NCBI RefSeq assembly: GCF_006345805.1 | Contig: NC_043007.1 | Coordinates: forward strand, 35,030,001 to 35,094,000 | From: Octopus sinensis | Taxonomy: Eukaryota | Direction: 5' to 3' | DNA length: 64,000 nt | Shown here: piece after piece, positions 58,039 through 64,000 of the stretch | How the letters are laid out: each line of letters starts with the position of its first letter | Position numbering within the stretch: the stretch's first letter is position 1 | Made by a program: the position numbers and the translations under genes | Notes under the pieces: model-generated | Databases searched by the model: none | What the model was told of the DNA's origin: nothing | Seen by the model: only the letters and a program-made list of their open reading frames with translations

Positions 58039-58391
58039 CATATTATTGAGTGAGAGAGCAGTGCATGCCATCAAAGTGACACTGGGGGGTAAATATATAC
58101 GAAGCCCAGTATACCCATCATGACTACCCGTCTGATAAAGGATACACCGGCGCATGCATCACAAACATATGTGCGCGACATGGTGATCTCATATCAAGAT
58201 AAACAGCACATACATGACCTTGCAGGTGGGGCCTAGTTAGAATTTTCGTCAGCTCGAGTAACCCATCCCGCTCAAAAGGTCCCTGAATAAGGGTTGTTTA
58301 AGGATGTTGACACAAAACACCCATGTTTCCAGAGGCGAATAATTCAAACCCCAAAGAATCCCTCTCAACACATGGCTATGATGCCCCATTA

Positions 58392-58445
<54 letters not shown>

Positions 58446-58991
58446 CATTATTATTGAGTGAGAGAGAGCAGTGCATGCCATCAAAGTGACACTGGGGTAA
58501 AAATATACGAAGCCCAGTATACCCATCATGACTACACGTCAGGCAAGGATACACCAGGCACATGCATCACAAACATATGTGCGCGACATGGTGATCTTAT
58601 ATCAAGATAAACAGCACATGACTTTGCAGGTGGGACCCAGTTAGAATTTTCTTCTGGTCGAGCAATCCATCCCGCTCAAAAGGTCTCTGAATAAGGGTGG
58701 TTAAAGATGTTGACGACGAAACACCCATGTTTCCAGAAGTGAATTATTCAAACCCCAAAGAATCCTCTCGACACATAGCTATGATGCTCCTATGATGCTC
58801 CAGATGTGATCAGAGATGCACATATCGTCAGCCACTAAGGGACATGCTCAATGGTTAAGGTCAAACAACTGACAAGCAAATCTGTGGTATTGAGCAGAAT
58901 ATTGCTGTAGCCATCTTTTATTCCAAGACAAAACAATGTACATGATAACACTTCCAATCAGTTAAGATCAGAAGCCATGAGAGCCACTGCC

Positions 58992-59039
<48 letters not shown>

Positions 59040-59210
59040 GTATCATCATTATTATTGAGTGAGAGAGCAGTGCATGCCATCAAAGTGACACTGGGGTAAA
59101 AATATACGAAGCCCAGTATACCCATCATGACTACCGTCTGATAAAGGATACACCAGGCGCATGCATCACAACCATATGTGCGCGACATGGTGATCTCATA
59201 TCAGTTATTA

Positions 59211-59254
<44 letters not shown>

Positions 59255-59986
59255 TATTATTATCATCATTATTATGAGTGAGAGAGCAGTGCATGCCATC
59301 AAAGTGACACTGGGGTAAAAATATACGAAGCCCAGTATACCCATCATGACTACCCGTCTGATAAAGGATACACCAGGCACATGCATCACAACCATATGTG
59401 CGCGACATGGTGATCTCACATCAGTTATTATTATTATTATTATTATTGAGTGAGAGAGCAGTTCATGCCATCAAAGTGACACTGGGGTAAAATATACGAA
59501 GCCCAATATACCCATCATGACTACCCGTCTGATAAAGGTACACCAGGCACATGCATCACAACCATATGTGCGCGACATGGTGATCTCATATCAAGATAAA
59601 CAGCACATGACCTTGCAGGTGGGGCCCAGTTAGAATTTTCTTCAGGTTGAGTAGCCCATCCTGCTCAAACGGTCCCTGAATAAGGGTTGCTTTAGGATGT
59701 TGAACGAAACACCTATGTTTCCAGAGGTGTGAACCATTCAAACTCCAAAGAATCCCTCTCAACACATGGCCATGATGCTCCCCCACTACTTCTGCTCGTG
59801 ATCAGAGATGCACATATCGTCAGCCACTAAGGGACATGCTCAACTGGTTAAGGTCAAACAACTTACAAGCAAATCTGTGGTATTGAGCAGAATATTTGCT
59901 GTAGCCCATCTTTTATACCAAGACAAAACAATGTACATGATAACACTTCCAATCAGTTAAGATCAGAAGCCATGAGAGCCACTGCC

Positions 59987-60026
<40 letters not shown>

Positions 60027-60391
60027 CATCATTATTATTGAGTGAGAGAGCAGTGCATGCCATCAAAGTGACACTGGGGTAAAAATATACGAAGCCCAGT
60101 ATACCCATCATGACTACCCGTCTGATAAAGGATACACCAGGCACATGCATCACAACCATATGTGCGCGACATGGTGATCTCATATCAGTTATTATTATTA
60201 TTATTATTTTATTATATATTATTATTATTATATCATTATTATTGAGTGAGAGAGCAGTGCATGCCATCAAAGTGACACTGGGGTAAAAATATACGAAGCC
60301 CAGTATACCCATCATGACTACCCGTCTGATAAAGGATACACCAGGCGCATGCATCACAACCATATGTGCGCGACATGGTGATCTCATATCA

Positions 60392-60431
<40 letters not shown>

Positions 60432-61000
60432 TATTATTATTATTATTATTATCATCATTATTATTGAGTGAGAGAGCAGTGCATGCCATCAAAGTGACAC
60501 TGGGGTAAAAATATACGAAGCCCAGTATACCCATCATGACTACCCGTCTGATAAAGGATACACCAGGCACATGCATCACAACCATGTGTGCACGACATGG
60601 TGATCTCATATCAATTATTATTATTTATTATTATATTATTATTATTATTATTTATTATTATTATTGAGTGAGGGAGCAGTGCATGCCATCAAAGTGACAC
60701 TGGGGTAAAAATATACGAAGCCCAGTATACCCATCATGACTACCCGTCTGATAAGGGTACACCAGGCACATGCATCACAAACATATGTGCGCGACATGGT
60801 GATCTTATATCAAGATAAACAGCACATGACCTTGCAGGTGGGGCCTAGTTAGAATTTTCGTCAGCTCGAGTAACCCATTCCGCTCAAAAGGTCCCTGAAT
60901 AAGGGTTGTTTAAGGATGTTGAACAAAACACCCATGTTTCCAGAGGCGAATAATTCAAACCCCAAAGAATCCCTCTCAACACATGGCTATGATGCTCCCC

Positions 61001-61036
<36 letters not shown>

Positions 61037-61386
61037 CATTATTATTGAGTGAGAGAGCAGTGCATGCCATCAAAGTGACACTGGGGTAAAAATATACGAA
61101 GCCCAGTATACCCATCATGACTACCCGTCTGATAAAGGATACACCAGGCGCATGCATCACAAACATATGTGCGCGACATGGTGATCTCATATCAAGATAA
61201 ACAGCACATACATGACCTTGCAGGTGGGGCCTAGTTAGAATTTTCGTCAGCTCGAGTAACCCATCCCGCTCAAAAGGTCCCTGAATAAGGGTTGTTTAAG
61301 GATGTTGAACAAAACACCCATGTTTCCAGAGGCGAATAATTCAAACCCCAAAGAATCCCTCTCAACACATGGCTATGATGCTCCCC

Positions 61387-61452
<66 letters not shown>

Positions 61453-62019
61453 CATTATTATTGAGTGAGAGAGCAGTGCATGCCATCAAAGTGACACTGG
61501 GGTAAAAATATACGAAGCCCAGTATACCCATCATGACTACACGTCAGGCAAGGATACACCAGGCACATGCATCACAAACATATGTGCGCGACATGGTGAT
61601 CTTATATCAAGATAAACAGCACATGACTTTGCAGGTGGGACCCAGTTAGAATTTTCTTCTGGTCGAGCAATCCATCCCGCTCAAAAGGTCTCTGAATAAG
61701 GGTTGTTTAAAGATGTTGAACGAAACACCCATGTTTCCAGAAGTGAATTATTCAAACCCCAAAGAATCCCTCTCGACACATAGCTATGATGCTCCTATGA
61801 TGCTCCAGATGTGATCAGAGATGCACATATCGTCAGCCTCTAAGGGACATGCTCAACTGGTTAAGGTCAAACAACTGACAAGTAAATCTGTGGTATTGAG
61901 CAGAATATTTGCTGTAGCCCATCTTTTATTCCAAGACAAATCAATGTACATGATAACACTTCCAATCAGTTAAGATCAGAAGCCACGAGAGTCACTGTCT
62001 AGTGCTACATCAGGGCATT

Positions 62020-62020
<1 letters not shown>
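56591..62020 (-). mobile_element. Tandem array of 17 copies of a non-autonomous element separated by (TAA)n
   Basis: Every copy shares the 3' end ...GCATGCACTGCTC(T/C)CTCACTC followed by an (AAT)n-type tract; lengths are about 150, 335, 540 and 556 bp; the 5' part is homologous to 51213-51646. Confidence 0.9.
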
Positions 62021-62098
<78 letters not shown>

Positions 62099-62104
62099 GT
62101 AGTA

Positions 62105-62158
<54 letters not shown>

Positions 62159-63084
62159 GATTACGTCATATGTAAAGTAACATAAGCTCTTTTTGAAGCG
62201 TTGAAATCTATTGTAGAACAAGTATTGTTGAACAAGTAGAAAGATATATATTTTTCAACACGTTAATACGGAACAGTATATATTTTGGGGATAAAACCTT
62301 TTTAAGAGCGTGTATGTGTGTGTGCGTGCATGTGTGTTTGTGTGTGTGGATGTATGTTTATATGAAGCTCTCTCTTTCCTTTTCTTTACTACTTGATTTT
62401 CTCTTTATTCCTTCTCATAACTATCTGTAGTGCTCTTGATGACAAACTATATAGTAAGGCTTCATCTAATTGTAAATTTTGTATAATTTGATTCCTTGTC
62501 TGAAGAATTTCTAATAGGAAATTTATTACATGTCTATCTAACAGATAAAACTCTCTAATTCCTATTAGTAAACGAAACGTGTGTAATGGTGAATAAATAA
62601 CACCAAAACAATTTTTCAACTTTCTCTTTTGTTATATAGGTACATACACACACACACACACATATATATGTGTGTGTGCGAGTGTGTGTGTGTGTGTATG
62701 AGTGTGTGTGTGCATGTATGTATGTATGTATGTATGTGTGTGTATGTATGGATGTATGGATGTATGTATGTATGCGTGTATGTATGTATATGTATATATG
62801 AATGTGTAAATATATATGTATATATTTATGCATGCGTGTATATGTATATACTTGTATTTTTTGTTTATATATATTTCAGTATGTATAAACAAGTTTCTAT
62901 TTGGTTGTGTTAAATATATTTAAGTATATCTTCAAACACACACACACATACGCGCGATTTCTCATACACGCACATATATATACACAGGTGTGTGCATGTG
63001 CTTTTGTGTGCGAACGGAAGATAAGCTGGCAAAGAATGTGTGTATGTATATCTGTGTGTGTATGTGTGAGAGAGAGAGAGATAG

Positions 63085-63375
63085 ACAGACAGACAGACAG
63101 AGACAGACAGACAGAGACAGACAGATAGACAGACAGAGACAGAAAGACAGAGAGAGTGAATGAGAGAGAGAAAAGGGTAGTTAGAGATGGAGAGAGAGAG
63201 AGAGAGTGAGTGAATGAGAAAGAGAGAGTGAGTGAGTGAATGAGACAGACAGAAAGACAGAGAGAGAGAGTGAATGAGAGAGAGAAAAGGGGAGTTAGAG
63301 AGGGAGAGAGAGTAAGTGATGAGAAAGAGGGAGAGAATGAGTGAGAGAGAGAGACAGAGAGAGGGAGAGAGAGCA
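63085..63375. repeat. (GA)n/(GACA)n compound microsatellite
   Basis: Seen directly. Confidence 0.9.
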
Positions 63376-63744
63376 GACAGAAGCGATCGCAAAAGAAGAT
63401 TTTCGCAAATTTTACTGAATAAATAAAACGAAGATAATTGAAAATTGTAAGATAAATCTCACTGGTTAAATAAAATTATGTTTATCGAAGCTGCAATGTT
63501 GTCATGGTGACTTAGAAATGATATTAATTCGACTGAAATAGTGACAAGATAAACCATCTGCTTCCATCACGTTATCTTGTTTGGTGCTGAAAACGTTGTT
63601 TTTAGTATTTCTGTCAATATGTGGGGGGGGGGAGAAGGGGGTAATGGTATATTCTGTTAAGAACGTAGTAGAGTACTTTATAAAGCTGGTCTACCTTCAG
63701 ATTTCACCCTGTGTTATCCAGTAGTAGTACTATACATACTTGAT

Positions 63745-63927
63745 CCGTGGAACAAGCTGCCAGACGAGATGGTAAAGATGCCGACGACCGCTTTGTTCAA
63801 AGCCTCCCTGGACCTCAAGTGGCCTGAACTCTTTACATGAACACCACCCTGTACTTAACTCCATGTCCCCCTACATGGCCTTGCTATTTGCTTTTGAGCC
63901 AAATTAACTAACTAACTTACTAACTAC
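63745..63927 (+). mobile_element. CR1 LINE extreme 3' end with (CTAA)n tail
   Basis: PWNKLPDEMVKMPTTALFKASLDLKW (WN.LP...FK..LD motif), stop at 63838-40, short UTR, CTAA repeats. Confidence 0.7.
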
Positions 63928-64000
63928 TTCCAGGTTTGTGTTTTGGTTATCTGTCGTGTGTGAATAGATAATTGAGAGAATTTGGAAACAACAAGAAGGA

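Noticed and set aside
56495-61505. Repeated ORFs MGILGFVYFYPSVTLMACTALSL...
   Set aside because: Read-through of the array unit into (AAT)n; frames are broken inconsistently between copies.
56591-62020. CRISPR-like repeat/spacer appearance
   Set aside because: Units are 150-556 bp, spacers are simple (ATT)n, the context is eukaryotic and there are no cas genes.
61960-62020. Possible HDV-like ribozyme at the 5' end of the longest array copy
   Set aside because: A P3/L3-like GGC-TCTCATG-GCT can be drawn from the long copies, but no P1 partner or P1.1/J4/2 was found by eye.

Overview
AT-rich, microsatellite-saturated eukaryotic DNA. Its repeat content (tRNA-derived SINE families, (TA)n/(TACA)n/(TAGA)n/(ATT)n tracts, Penelope-like and Dong/R4-like retroelements) points to an octopod cephalopod genome (inference). 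No intact host gene is recognisable, and most ORFs in the track are microsatellite read-throughs. Recognisable protein remnants: Penelope-like RT/GIY-YIG fragments (22.6, 25.2-27.2, 34.9-36.2, 44.8-45.4 kb, weaker at 18.3-18.6 kb), RLE-type non-LTR fragments (14.5, 36.8-37.5, 49.2-51.6 kb) and CR1-group 3' ends (48.3, 63.7 kb). Main observations: (1) a 5.4-kb array of 17 copies of a non-coding element, each spaced by (TAA)n, which shares its 5' part with the 5' UTR of a Dong/R4-like retrotransposon 5 kb away, suggesting a bipartite non-autonomous microsatellite-targeting retroposon; (2) two unrelated 480-520 bp near-perfect palindromes, each carrying an intact type I hammerhead ribozyme on each arm, plus several variant-core hammerheads; (3) a second RLE element associated with (TACA)n; (4) a GC3-biased, possibly frameshifted exon-like island at 55.4 kb.
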